From a virus, in the IMG/VR virus record IMGVR_UViG_3300006921_000009, positions 23,305 through 87,304 of that record: a DNA stretch of 64,000 nt; one strand, 5' to 3'. The position numbers and the translations under genes were made by a program. Each line of letters begins with the position of its first letter. Position 1 is the first letter of the stretch. The notes under the pieces are model-generated. The model did no database searches and had not been told where the DNA came from. It saw only the letters and a program-made list of their open reading frames with translations. Shown piece after piece: positions 35,128 through 45,526 of this stretch.

Positions 35128-35838
35128 ATGACAGGAACGGAAATGGAACAAGAGTTCCTAATACTTTATGATAAAGTTACAAGCTTTGACGCTCCTGGGT
35201 ATACACCACTAGAAATAAGTGTCTTTTTAACTAAAGCACAAGAAAGAGTAGTTTTACGTAACATTCGCAGCCTAGGCAATAAGTACCAAGAGGGGTTTGA
35301 AGAATCTGAAATAAGACGAAAAGAACTAAATGAATTAGTAAGAGGGGTAACAATAGTTACTCCTTCTACTACTCAAACTGGTGTAGTACCTAACGGTGAA
35401 TTCTTTGATTTGCCAGCAGATTTTATGATAGCGATATCAGAAGAGATTACAACGGCTAGTGATAGCTCTTGTAGTAATGGAAAAAGGCTTATGGTTAAGC
35501 CAGTCACACATGATGAGATTGCACTAAACCGTAATAATCCATTTAAAAAGCCTAGCATACTTCGGTATGTGTGGAGATTAGATAACTCAGGAGATAAGCA
35601 TGAGCTTGTTACTGACGGTTCTTTCTCTGTAGCAGAGTATCATTTGAGATACTTGAAGACTTTGACACCAATTGTTATTGGAACGGATGTAGTTGATGGC
35701 GCAACAGGTCCTTTAGATTGTGAACTTAATAGTATTATGCATAAGCAGATTATTGATGAAGCAGTTAAAATAGCAACAGGGGTCACTGATCCTGAAAAGT
35801 ATCAGATTAAAACAATAGAGCAACAAGCGGGCAATTAA
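35128..35838 (+). CDS. Tail ring / head-tail connector protein
   Basis: EFLILYDK...PGY...EISVFLTKAQE, CELNSIMHKQIIDEAVK; crAss gene order. Confidence 0.65.
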   Translation: MTGTEMEQEFLILYDKVTSFDAPGYTPLEISVFLTKAQERVVLRNIRSLGNKYQEGFEESEIRRKELNELVRGVTIVTPSTTQTGVVPNGEFFDLPADFMIAISEEITTASDSSCSNGKRLMVKPVTHDEIALNRNNPFKKPSILRYVWRLDNSGDKHELVTDGSFSVAEYHLRYLKTLTPIVIGTDVVDGATGPLDCELNSIMHKQIIDEAVKIATGVTDPEKYQIKTIEQQAGN

Positions 35839-35871
35839 TTATTTTATTAAAACAAAACAAAAACAAAAACA

Positions 35872-37098
35872 ATGAGTACATTTTCACAAAAAGATCTACA
35901 GTTGTTATTCGTAGGTGGAGCAGCAACTGCAACAACAGGTGCTATTGACGCAATGAATGACGGTGAGATTGGTATTTTTACTCCAGCAGGAACACGTATT
36001 ACTGAAGCTACTGCAGCAACTGCAACTAAATTCATTATCGTTAAGAAAACTGCTAACGGAGGAGTTCCTTTAGTATCTCCAGTTTTAAACAAAGCTGATT
36101 TAACTTTAGCTAAAAGAACTATATTTGCAGCAGCTACTGAACAAGTAACTACTGTTGGTTATGATGGAACTACTGGTTCTATTGAAGCTATCAATGATAA
36201 TGAGTACCACCTACGTATTTCTTTACGTCAAGGTTATACTTCTAATCATGGTGGTCTTTACCTTAAGCACGCTTTCTACAAGTCAGATGTTAACGCAACT
36301 GAATTAGAGATTGCTTCTGCTATCGTTAAAGATGCTACAGCTAACTTATCTAAAGATGCTGAAGCTATCGCTATCGTTTCTTTACTATGTAACAATGCTG
36401 GTACATCAACTACTGGTACTGTTGACGTTGTTAAAGGATCTTACAAAGCTGTTGCTTCTGTACCTGGTGACTTTGAAGTAGGTGGTGTTCTTAGATTAGG
36501 AACTGCTACTACATCTCCAGTTTACAAGATAGTTTCTATCGCTGGTGATGTTCTTACTTTAGATACTAAAGTAAACGAAGCATCTGCACAATACGCTATC
36601 GCTGCTGCTGAAGCTGTATCTGCTGCTGATTCTATCGCTGCATCTTACGGTGTTAAACTTACAGGAGTTGCTTCTAAGCACGTTGTAGGAAAACTTCACG
36701 GTGATTTAATGCCTAACGCATTTGACGTTACTTTAGAGAACTTTGGTTCAACTGCTGCTGTAGTTGCTACTGCTGCTTCTGCTGGTAACGGTACTGAGAA
36801 GCAAGTTGCTGAATTAGAGTGGTTCTGTCAAGGTAACGAAGGTGATTTCCATAGAATGGGTGAGCCTAACGTAATCGCACGTAGAACTGAAGTTTCTGGT
36901 AACTACGATCTTATTGATCTACGTTCAGTTGAACTTTACACAGATTCTATTACTGTTGGACCGGTATCTAAAGAAATTACTTTAGCTATACCTGCAACAG
37001 CTCCTAACTATGCAATTGCTGGTACTAGTGATGATATCACTGACGTATTAGAGGTTCTTGCATTTGGATCTGCAACAGGAGCATTGGCTGTATCATAA
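35872..37098 (+). CDS. Abundant structural protein, likely auxiliary capsid protein
   Basis: Ala/Thr/Val-rich with capsid-like codon bias, followed by a terminator; crAss gene order. Confidence 0.55.
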   Translation: MSTFSQKDLQLLFVGGAATATTGAIDAMNDGEIGIFTPAGTRITEATAATATKFIIVKKTANGGVPLVSPVLNKADLTLAKRTIFAAATEQVTTVGYDGTTGSIEAINDNEYHLRISLRQGYTSNHGGLYLKHAFYKSDVNATELEIASAIVKDATANLSKDAEAIAIVSLLCNNAGTSTTGTVDVVKGSYKAVASVPGDFEVGGVLRLGTATTSPVYKIVSIAGDVLTLDTKVNEASAQYAIAAAEAVSAADSIAASYGVKLTGVASKHVVGKLHGDLMPNAFDVTLENFGSTAAVVATAASAGNGTEKQVAELEWFCQGNEGDFHRMGEPNVIARRTEVSGNYDLIDLRSVELYTDSITVGPVSKEITLAIPATAPNYAIAGTSDDITDVLEVLAFGSATGALAVS

Positions 37099-37120
37099 GT
37101 CAAGCTTTTTAAATAACCCT

Positions 37121-37156
37121 AAAGGGAGGATTGAATTTTCTTTCCTCCCTTTTTTT
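37121..37156 (+). terminator. Intrinsic terminator
   Basis: AAAGGGAGGA/TCCTCCCTTT stem plus T-run. Confidence 0.75.
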
Positions 37157-37178
37157 ATACCCAAGAAATCAAGAAATT

Positions 37179-37760
37179 ATGGCAATAGCAACATTAACCT
37201 CTAACATTAGGGCTTGCTTTGATACTGGCTGTACGACATTAAATATTTATGACACTACAGGCGTAGAATCAACAGCAAACTCAGGTGGATGGGGAGCAAC
37301 AAACATTAATACTGCAGATGTTACAGGCGCAATTATAACTTACACTACTCCAGGAGGGTCTCCAGTAGAGGTAGATGTAACAAGCGCAATTACTTCACAA
37401 ACAACTGTAGGATGTGAATTCCTTTTAGCTAGTATTGAATTACCGGCTTTAGATGGAGACTACGACTTTTCTTACGCAGTTACTGCGGCAAGTGGGACAA
37501 AAACTAAAACAATCAGCATACTATCATTATGTGTAGTAAGATGCTGTATAGATAAATTATGGGCAAAAGCTGCTCTAGGCTTAATGGAAGAAGACTGTAA
37601 CTGTGTAGATGATAAAACATCTTATACAAACCGTGCTCTAGTAGCAGAGGCAACTTACAGAGCTATTCTAAGTGGAACATCTTGTAACAATACAAATGCA
37701 AGAGCTGCTCTACTAGCTAAGCTACAAAGAATATGTAAATTAGAAAATTGTAATTGTTAA
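37179..37760 (+). CDS. Structural protein, candidate tail hub
   Basis: Start moved to ATG 37179 because the track start lies inside the terminator; beta-rich N-part and Cys-rich C-terminus ending CNC. Confidence 0.55.
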   Translation: MAIATLTSNIRACFDTGCTTLNIYDTTGVESTANSGGWGATNINTADVTGAIITYTTPGGSPVEVDVTSAITSQTTVGCEFLLASIELPALDGDYDFSYAVTAASGTKTKTISILSLCVVRCCIDKLWAKAALGLMEEDCNCVDDKTSYTNRALVAEATYRAILSGTSCNNTNARAALLAKLQRICKLENCNC

Positions 37761-37763
37761 GAT

Positions 37764-38453
37764 ATGGCATGTAATGATAACGGATGTTTAGATACATCAA
37801 CGATAGTAATACCTACAGGTGCTGACGGAGCTCAGGGACCACAAGGTATTCAAGGAGCTACTGGACCTACAGGACCTACCGGTCCAACTGGACCTACAGG
37901 AGCACAAGGACCAGCAGGAACTAATGGTACTGATGGTACTAACTCTACAGTTGCAACAGTAATACAAGATGGTTTAATACAAAACTCTGTAACTGGAGCT
38001 GCTGATGTTGGATCTATGAGTAGTTTTGCAGGTTATTCTGAAACTATACCTACAATAGCTGTAGGTGACAAATTAACTATAGAAGCTTATTACTCAAGAC
38101 TAGTAGCACCTGCTTCTGGTGGATCAAATTTTTACTTTAAGTTTGGTACTGCAGGATATGTTCCTGCAAATGGTAACGTAGGGAGTGAATCTTACGGAAG
38201 TGATTTACCTTACTCTAATAAAGATATCCTACAGACTCAAATTAAAATGACTATAACAAGACTAAATAGTACTACAGTATTTTATGAGTACAATCAATTT
38301 CTATTAGAAGGATTTGGTGTAGGTCAAAATGTAGGTAGTTTCTTTGGGACAGCTGCAATAAACTTAGATAGTGTTACTGCAATTACTCCAGAGGCATTTG
38401 TATCTCCAGGAGGACAAACACAATTATCTTATTTTAGAGTAATTAAAAACTAA
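37764..38453 (+). CDS. Collagen-like (Gly-X-Y) fibre protein
   Basis: GADGAQGPQGIQGATGPTGPTGPTGPTGAQGPAGTNGTDGTN repeat. Confidence 0.8.
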   Translation: MACNDNGCLDTSTIVIPTGADGAQGPQGIQGATGPTGPTGPTGPTGAQGPAGTNGTDGTNSTVATVIQDGLIQNSVTGAADVGSMSSFAGYSETIPTIAVGDKLTIEAYYSRLVAPASGGSNFYFKFGTAGYVPANGNVGSESYGSDLPYSNKDILQTQIKMTITRLNSTTVFYEYNQFLLEGFGVGQNVGSFFGTAAINLDSVTAITPEAFVSPGGQTQLSYFRVIKN

Positions 38454-38459
38454 TCAACT

Positions 38460-38714
38460 ATGACAAACGCAGATAAACAACTAATAATCCAAGACCTTCA
38501 ATGTAAGCACGGAGATTGGTTAATTAAATATGATAAAAACTTATCATATGGAATCTGTACACAAGCATGGATGGAACGCAATTTAATGATAAGCAACTTA
38601 ATAGAAGTACTTTACAGGTATAATCCTAGGAGTACTTCTAATTGCTTAGAGCTAACAGATATTAATAACATTGTATGTTCATTAAGAGAATTGTTAGTAG
38701 ACTGTAATTGCTAG
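38460..38714 (+). CDS. Small structural protein ending CNC
   Basis: 84-aa ORF in the tail module. Confidence 0.55.
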   Translation: MTNADKQLIIQDLQCKHGDWLIKYDKNLSYGICTQAWMERNLMISNLIEVLYRYNPRSTSNCLELTDINNIVCSLRELLVDCNC

Positions 38715-38734
38715 TGTACACAAAATAATATAGT

Positions 38735-39316
38735 ATGGAAATAAAATTAAACAAAACATTAATAATTATTTGTATCATACTTCTTTTTATTGTATCTTTA
38801 ACGACATGCAATAACAGGCGTGGCAGCGGAGATGTTACAACTGTAGAGACAACTTATGACACTACACACGTAACTCTCACTGACACAATACCTTTCTATA
38901 ATATTATAGACTCAATACGGGTAATAAACTTACCGATTGTTTCAGAAACCTCAAACTCAGATAGCTCTGAGTTTTCTTATTTAACAGAAGTTAGTGACTC
39001 TTTACTAGATGGTAGGATTTCTACTGTAGTAAAAAGTGACGGTACTCTAGTTAATCAAAATTTTACTTATTTACCAAAGTTTCCTAAATACATTAATAGA
39101 GTAGATTCTATTTTTGTTACCAAAGAGATTAAGACAACAACCGTTAGAAATACATGGAGTATTTATGGTGGAGTAACATTAGTCCCTGTTCAAACACCGG
39201 CTATAATAGGTTCACTAGGTTTTAAAAGTAGAAAAGGTCATATGTATGAACTGGGATACAATCCCTTTAACCGTGACATCTTTGTAGGTGTTAAATTTCA
39301 ACTTTTTAAAAAATAA
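38735..39316 (+). CDS. Membrane or lipoprotein with C-terminal amphipathic beta strands; spanin candidate
   Basis: Hydrophobic N-terminus ending LTTC; C-terminal WSIYGGVT...FVGVKFQLF. Confidence 0.5.
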   Translation: MEIKLNKTLIIICIILLFIVSLTTCNNRRGSGDVTTVETTYDTTHVTLTDTIPFYNIIDSIRVINLPIVSETSNSDSSEFSYLTEVSDSLLDGRISTVVKSDGTLVNQNFTYLPKFPKYINRVDSIFVTKEIKTTTVRNTWSIYGGVTLVPVQTPAIIGSLGFKSRKGHMYELGYNPFNRDIFVGVKFQLFKK

Positions 39317-39320
39317 TTAA

Positions 39321-40016
39321 ATGGCAAGAAAACAACCAACCAACTTTCCTATATTAACTCGTCCAGAGGATTTAGAGTTTTTAACAGGGCAGTACAAGGG
39401 GAAGGACTTCAAGGTGGAAGCAGGGAAGTTTTTAGAAGGGGCAGCAGAATACATTGAAGCTCCAACAGCAGATGCAATGGCAGCCTTTACGCAAGGTTAT
39501 TTTGCAGTAGAGACTGGTTACCATCACGGTGGCGTAGCCACAGATACAGTTATAAGTCTTTCCGCAGTAGATACTTGGGTAGACATAAATTTTACTACAG
39601 ATGCTTCAGGTTTATTTGATGAGCGACCAACAACTATGGTTACAGCTAATGCAATAGCATTTGATGATTCTACAGGATTATTTAAACTAGAAGGATTATC
39701 TACAGAAGCATTTGCTACATTTAGATCATCTTTTTCTTTTGATCCAGATGAAGATAATGGAGAGTTATCAGTAAGATTACTATTTAATCATCACTCAGGT
39801 GTTACACCTACTACATCTACTATTGAAACAATAGCCGGTAGTTTTGCGCAAGGAGCTGATGAAGATTATGTACTAGAGCCACTACTTACATTTAAAGTCG
39901 GTGCAGATATAGATACTAATAGTACAGGTGATGCTGGTACATGTAAGTTACAAATCAATTCAACAGTACCAGGTACACTTTCAATGAGAGGTCTTACTTG
40001 GTTTTTATACAAATAA
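39321..40016 (+). CDS. Tail-associated structural protein
   Basis: Beta-rich 231 aa directly upstream of the large fibre/spike gene. Confidence 0.55.
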   Translation: MARKQPTNFPILTRPEDLEFLTGQYKGKDFKVEAGKFLEGAAEYIEAPTADAMAAFTQGYFAVETGYHHGGVATDTVISLSAVDTWVDINFTTDASGLFDERPTTMVTANAIAFDDSTGLFKLEGLSTEAFATFRSSFSFDPDEDNGELSVRLLFNHHSGVTPTTSTIETIAGSFAQGADEDYVLEPLLTFKVGADIDTNSTGDAGTCKLQINSTVPGTLSMRGLTWFLYK

Positions 40017-40019
40017 GAT

Positions 40020-43000
40020 ATGGCAAAGATAAAAATTTATTCAGACCTAGCGTCAAATACTATTTTCTTTGAAGGAGCTAAACTAACTAACAAAGCAGTT
40101 GGTGAGGTAGAAGCATTAGCCCACCCAACAGAGGAGGATAGAGTTATAGTTAAAAGTACCCGATTATTCAAGAAAGGTTCTACTACAGAATATAGAGTAT
40201 TTTTAAAGAGGTTAAATATTAGTAGAATACGAAATAAAGATGGACAAGACTTAACAGCTGCTCCTTTTAATTTAGATAGAGATGGTATTATAACTTATCT
40301 TAACGAGCAGTTTAAAAAACCAACTATTACTGAGTACTTTGAGTATGACGCTACTAAAGATAGACTTGTAGCAAAGAAGGATGTAGAAGTTGCAAAGAAT
40401 GGTTTTTTCTTAGGTGAAAAACACAAGATGGCTTCAGGTAACTCTAATATTTATTTTGAAGATTTAGGTAACAAAACAAACTCTTACCCAATCTTTGGAG
40501 AAATACTAGATCAATCAATACCGGCTAACCAAGCTGCAGGTGCAGGGTTTAATAAACCTAAGAGTAGAATCTTTACTGATTTTCAGTCTACTCCTTTAGG
40601 CGGTACTCCTGTTAATGATACTGCTATACCTTACGATGGTGATAACTTTTTCCCATTCAATATTAGTGGTGTTGGTATTACAACAAGAGCAGCGGAAGTA
40701 GTTTCGCCAACTCAACAATTAAAATATGAAATTACAGTTAATGGTATTTCTGTTTATGTTCAATATTTAGAGCATAATGGATTTGCAGTCAACGAGGATA
40801 TTACTTGGTACTTTGATCAACCTTTAGATATTGAGACAGGGACAACTCTTAGGGCTACTATCTATAAAATATCTACAGTAAATAACCAAGAGCAGAGTGA
40901 TGGTATATTACAAGTATGTGAAGGTGATGCTACACCAACAAGATACCAAACAAATGTATTGAACAGATTTTTTACAGATGAGCCTATAGCTCTTAAAAGT
41001 GATGTTGATCAATTGTTATCTGGTTCTACTTATAAAGGAGCTTATAATGGTTCTACAAGTACACCAACACTTCCAACAGGAACAGATGCATTAGGAGACT
41101 TCTATAGAGTTTCAGCTGCAGGTGGTGGATATGCTACAGGAGATATTTTAGTATACAACGGTTCTTCTTATGATCATATTGCAGAGGGTAGTATAACACA
41201 GACTGACTTAGTAACTTCTTCTATGAGGGTATATGATGTTTATGTTAAAGCAAATTACACAGGTAGTATTTCTGATGGTTCTATCTTATATCCTTATGGA
41301 GACATTGTTTCTGCCATTACAGCGGCTAATGATGGAGATACAATCTACTTAGACGGTATATTTAATATTACTACTGAAATTGTTTTACCAGCTGGTAAGT
41401 CACTAACTTTCTTGGGAGCAGATAACACTACTATACAATATACAACATATAGTACTAGTAACGGCTCTATTATGTCTTATACTGGAAGTAACACTAAAAA
41501 CCTTGTCTTTAAAAACATTATTTTTAAAAATGCAGGAGCTTACGGATTATATTTAAAGAAAAATTCTACAGTTGAAATAAGGAAATGTAAGTTTATAAAT
41601 AATGGTTGGAATGGTACAGGACTTCATACGGTGCTTTCTAAGAACGTTTCTGGGGTTTTAGGGTATGATTCTACTAATACTGAATTACAAGCGTTCTACG
41701 CAGGTGCAAATGCATCTAACGGTGGTGCTGTAAGATTAGAAGAGTGTACTAAACCTTTAGTAAGAGAATGTAGAACTGAAAATAACTTTAGAGGTATTAG
41801 ATTACAGGATTGTGGTATAAACGGTGGTGGTTTTGTTATTGAGAACCAATCATTAAATAACATTGAATCTGGTATTTATCTTGCTGCTGGTTCTTTAGGA
41901 GGTTGTCAGAATATTACAGTAACAATTAATTACTCTTCTTACAATGCTAACAATGGTTTACTTTGTATTGGAGGTATAAATAATAAGTTTAGCCAAAACG
42001 AAGTTAACGGAAACTGGAATGCTGGTTTTTGTGGATGGGGTGCTGCTAATGCTACATTAAGAGATTGTGGTCTTTATGACAACAACAGATCTCAGTACAA
42101 TGGTATTGGTAATACAGGAGATGCTAAAGCGTCTATACAAATTAATGAGGCTTATAATTATTTAGGTACTACTATAAGTGCTAATTCTAATTATAGATTT
42201 ATAGCTGAGATACTAGATACGCAAGTACACTACACAGGGCTTGGCTCTAATACAGATAAGATAGGATTCTTAGTAGATTCTTCTGTTGGTTTATTAGCTG
42301 ATAATGATAAGAACATAATCAAAGTTGATGATGTAGGATTTATTGGACAGGATTATGCTGTAGATTTAAGTGAAGTAGATACTACTAATTTACGTCTAAG
42401 TTTAGGTGATAATTCATACCAAAGTATAGGAGAAAAAGCAGTAAGAGAGCCAGTAGATGGTTACTACTACGAGCTTCCATTCTCTAATCACTCTATGGTA
42501 TTAAATAACGTTGATTTAGCTGTTACAAATACAGGTAACATTATTGTTAAAGAAGGTGCTTCTGGAGCTACTATAAACCCTTACTCAGTAAATGAGTTAC
42601 AGGCATTAGCTCACGGTACAGAGATTAAGGTAATATTAAAAGGATCAAGGAAAATCCAATTTATAGTGCCTGTTTCCGGTTGTAGTATTGATGGTACTAT
42701 GGTTAATTCTGTATTATCATCGGCTTTAGTACAGTTAAATGATTTATTTAGTAACACTACAGGTTTTGCAAGTGGTGGAAATCCAGTTACTAACTTTGTT
42801 TTAAGTAATAATAATTTAACTTTAACACTACAAGACGGTACATCATTTACTGTAGACGTTACTACGTTAGGTGTAGATGAAAATAAATTTGTATCTAGTG
42901 GTGCTTTAAATGGTTCTAATTTAGAGCTTACTATGAATGATTCTTCTGTAGTTACTATAAATGCTAGTAATATGATCAACGGTAGTTCTTTACCTGCGAT

Positions 43001-45107
43001 TTCAAATAACTGGTTTATATCTTATGGTAACAGTGCTGGCGATCAAATTACATCAGCTTCAATAGTAACTACTTACGAAAATAAACAACCATTCTATAAT
43101 GGTGATTTCTTAGAAAAGGGTGAAGAGTATACATGGACACACGATAACAACGGTACCTATATTTTAGGGGTATACAGTGGAGCAGAAGAAACAAGTGATT
43201 CATTAGAGATAACTTACAATGCTAAATGGTCTCAAAATTTCAAGTTCTCAAGATCTTTAGGCGTTGTTAGAGAAACTTCTGTAGGTGTAGATGTAGCTTC
43301 TAGGTATACTAGCGGTTATACAATTACAAATAATACTGTATTTGCTTTAACTTATGATACAGATAACTACTTAAAATTATACGACATATCTAATAATGAT
43401 AGAATTCTTATAGGGCAGTCTAATACAGCTTTAGTTGGTAGTAACGTTACTATCTCTATGGGTGGTGAAAATCAACCTAACGCTAAATTCCCTGTAATGA
43501 TTAAGAGATATTCTGAGTGGACAATAGTTCATGATTTTGATGGAACTGAAGGTCCTTTAACTGACGGTCTTAATCAAGATAGTGTTATTAAATCTAACAT
43601 AGCTATAAGTCCAGGTGAGCTGTTTATGGCTAATTTTAACTTCTTTGGGAGATCTCAAAAGTTTGGTATAGGTTATCCAGGTGCTTCTAGTGGTAACTCT
43701 AACGCTCACTATGATATTACTGCTGCTTTTAGCTACGGTTCTTCAGAGCAGATTATTATGGCAAACTCAGGTGAGTGGACGTTTAATTCTAATAATACTT
43801 ACTACCAATCATCAACTGGTGGATGGTGGTGGAGAAACAACAGCACTAACGCAGGTATGCTTTCATTAAGATACCAAGCTGACAATTCATTGGAGTTATG
43901 GTCAGAGGATGATTCAGAATTAATAGCTACTAAGAGTATTGACTTAGATGGTAGTGATATACATTTTTTCTATGGAGTTAATGAGGCTAGTACTGTACAG
44001 TTAATACCAAGTATTTCTAAGCAAACAATAGGAGCAGGCTCACAACCTATAACTTCATTTGCACCGGATATTAGCGATCAATCTTTTAGTATTACGGAAG
44101 GAGACTCTTTAAATGTACAGATAGCATTAGATAGTGGCTCAGATATAGTTAATATTTATGGAGAAGAAAATGCACCATCTTGGGCGATATTAAATCAATC
44201 TACAGGTGTATTTACGGGAACAGCTCCAGCTTATACTGGTTCATCTGATACATATGTAATTAGTTGTAAAGCAGCAAATGCTCTAGGAGGTATTACTTCT
44301 TTTAATATTACTTTAAATGTATTAGAGATAACGTACACTAATACTAAATCGTTAAAATTTGAAGATGGAGTTAATTCTTACTTAGGAGGTAACGCATCTC
44401 TAGTAACTTCTTTAGAGCGTTCTGGTAATGGTTCTGGAGCTTCTGAGGCTTGGTCTATAGGTATGTGGATTAAAAGAGGGACTTCTAATTCTGGTCAATC
44501 ATTGTTTTACTATGGTCACAATGATACTACTAATAATGGACATATAGAGATAAGATTAATTAGTAGTGGTCGTATAAGATTAAAGTACGGAAGTAGTAAC
44601 AACCAAATACAAGTACAAACTAGCACAGCGTCAGGTATAGATACTAGCTGGAATCACGTTCTAGTAACTTATGACGGTGGTACTACTGGAGCTTCTTCTG
44701 GTTCTTTGTCTAGTTATTACGGAAGATTTAAGATATTTGTGAATGGGGTTTTAGCTAGTGTTACTAACAGCCATCAAAACTATGGTTGGTCTGGTTCTAT
44801 AGTAGGTCAAAACTTCAGATTTGGTAAATATGTTTCTGGAAACTATCCTAAAGATTTATTATTAAATCAGTTAGTTATATGGGATTCAGATCAATCTAGT
44901 AATATATCAGGTATCTATAACTCAGGAAATACACAAGATATGACTGACAGCTCTACTATGTCTGGCTCAGTAAACACTAGTTACCTATCTCCTGACCATT
45001 ATTATGAAATAGAAACAAGTACAAGTACTATTTCAGATATTATAGGAACTGCTCACTTTGTGGGGTACAATTTCTCTAGTACTGATTTAGTAACTGATGC
45101 GCCTTAA
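40020..45107 (+). CDS. Large tail fibre/spike with right-handed beta-helix, Ig-like and LamG/ConA-like domains
   Basis: Asn/Gly ladders (NNFRGI, NNIESGI, NANNGL, NWNAG), APSWAILNQSTGVFTGTAP Ig-like repeat, WSIGMWIK...WNHVLVTYDG...KIFVNG LamG pattern. Confidence 0.8.
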   Translation: MAKIKIYSDLASNTIFFEGAKLTNKAVGEVEALAHPTEEDRVIVKSTRLFKKGSTTEYRVFLKRLNISRIRNKDGQDLTAAPFNLDRDGIITYLNEQFKKPTITEYFEYDATKDRLVAKKDVEVAKNGFFLGEKHKMASGNSNIYFEDLGNKTNSYPIFGEILDQSIPANQAAGAGFNKPKSRIFTDFQSTPLGGTPVNDTAIPYDGDNFFPFNISGVGITTRAAEVVSPTQQLKYEITVNGISVYVQYLEHNGFAVNEDITWYFDQPLDIETGTTLRATIYKISTVNNQEQSDGILQVCEGDATPTRYQTNVLNRFFTDEPIALKSDVDQLLSGSTYKGAYNGSTSTPTLPTGTDALGDFYRVSAAGGGYATGDILVYNGSSYDHIAEGSITQTDLVTSSMRVYDVYVKANYTGSISDGSILYPYGDIVSAITAANDGDTIYLDGIFNITTEIVLPAGKSLTFLGADNTTIQYTTYSTSNGSIMSYTGSNTKNLVFKNIIFKNAGAYGLYLKKNSTVEIRKCKFINNGWNGTGLHTVLSKNVSGVLGYDSTNTELQAFYAGANASNGGAVRLEECTKPLVRECRTENNFRGIRLQDCGINGGGFVIENQSLNNIESGIYLAAGSLGGCQNITVTINYSSYNANNGLLCIGGINNKFSQNEVNGNWNAGFCGWGAANATLRDCGLYDNNRSQYNGIGNTGDAKASIQINEAYNYLGTTISANSNYRFIAEILDTQVHYTGLGSNTDKIGFLVDSSVGLLADNDKNIIKVDDVGFIGQDYAVDLSEVDTTNLRLSLGDNSYQSIGEKAVREPVDGYYYELPFSNHSMVLNNVDLAVTNTGNIIVKEGASGATINPYSVNELQALAHGTEIKVILKGSRKIQFIVPVSGCSIDGTMVNSVLSSALVQLNDLFSNTTGFASGGNPVTNFVLSNNNLTLTLQDGTSFTVDVTTLGVDENKFVSSGALNGSNLELTMNDSSVVTINASNMINGSSLPAISNNWFISYGNSAGDQITSASIVTTYENKQPFYNGDFLEKGEEYTWTHDNNGTYILGVYSGAEETSDSLEITYNAKWSQNFKFSRSLGVVRETSVGVDVASRYTSGYTITNNTVFALTYDTDNYLKLYDISNNDRILIGQSNTALVGSNVTISMGGENQPNAKFPVMIKRYSEWTIVHDFDGTEGPLTDGLNQDSVIKSNIAISPGELFMANFNFFGRSQKFGIGYPGASSGNSNAHYDITAAFSYGSSEQIIMANSGEWTFNSNNTYYQSSTGGWWWRNNSTNAGMLSLRYQADNSLELWSEDDSELIATKSIDLDGSDIHFFYGVNEASTVQLIPSISKQTIGAGSQPITSFAPDISDQSFSITEGDSLNVQIALDSGSDIVNIYGEENAPSWAILNQSTGVFTGTAPAYTGSSDTYVISCKAANALGGITSFNITLNVLEITYTNTKSLKFEDGVNSYLGGNASLVTSLERSGNGSGASEAWSIGMWIKRGTSNSGQSLFYYGHNDTTNNGHIEIRLISSGRIRLKYGSSNNQIQVQTSTASGIDTSWNHVLVTYDGGTTGASSGSLSSYYGRFKIFVNGVLASVTNSHQNYGWSGSIVGQNFRFGKYVSGNYPKDLLLNQLVIWDSDQSSNISGIYNSGNTQDMTDSSTMSGSVNTSYLSPDHYYEIETSTSTISDIIGTAHFVGYNFSSTDLVTDAP

Positions 45108-45116
45108 TAAACAAAG

Positions 45117-45144
45117 ATCCCCTGCTTCATTGGTGGGGGATTTT
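45117..45144 (+). terminator. Intrinsic terminator
   Basis: ATCCCC/GGGGAT stem plus TTT. Confidence 0.6.
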
Positions 45145-45161
45145 ATAAGTTACTGAAAATG

Positions 45162-45192
45162 TTGCATATGTTAATATTTTTCCGTATCTTTG
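45162..45192 (+). promoter_or_regulatory. Bacteroidota-type promoter
   Basis: TTG, 20 nt, TATCTTTG. Confidence 0.65.
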
Positions 45193-45234
45193 AAGAATAT
45201 AGAATAATAACCCACACTTTAAAAATTAAACAAC

Positions 45235-45516
45235 ATGAGTGAAGAAACAACAAGACTACAAAAAATGACAGCTTCTAGAGGTGTTGTGATTTGTAACGAT
45301 ACTAACGCAGTATCAAGAAAATTTGATGGATTCCTAGTATTGGAAGACACAGTAGTTGCCAGCTTAAAGGTAAGCGGATCTACAGCTAATGTTATTGCTA
45401 ACTATGTAACAACTCCTGCAACAGCTATTAAAGCCGGTGCACTGATTACACCGCAAGCAAATGACATGTTTACAGAAATTACTTTAACAAGTGGTTCTGT
45501 ATCTATAATTCTTTAA
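45235..45516 (+). CDS. Small beta-rich virion protein
   Basis: C-terminal FTEITLTSGSV pattern; precedes a fibre gene. Confidence 0.6.
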   Translation: MSEETTRLQKMTASRGVVICNDTNAVSRKFDGFLVLEDTVVASLKVSGSTANVIANYVTTPATAIKAGALITPQANDMFTEITLTSGSVSIIL

Positions 45517-45526
45517 AACTAAAACT

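Noticed and set aside
37820-37945. DNA tandem repeat (GGACCTACA-like)
   Set aside because: Fully explained by the collagen Gly-X-Y coding repeat.
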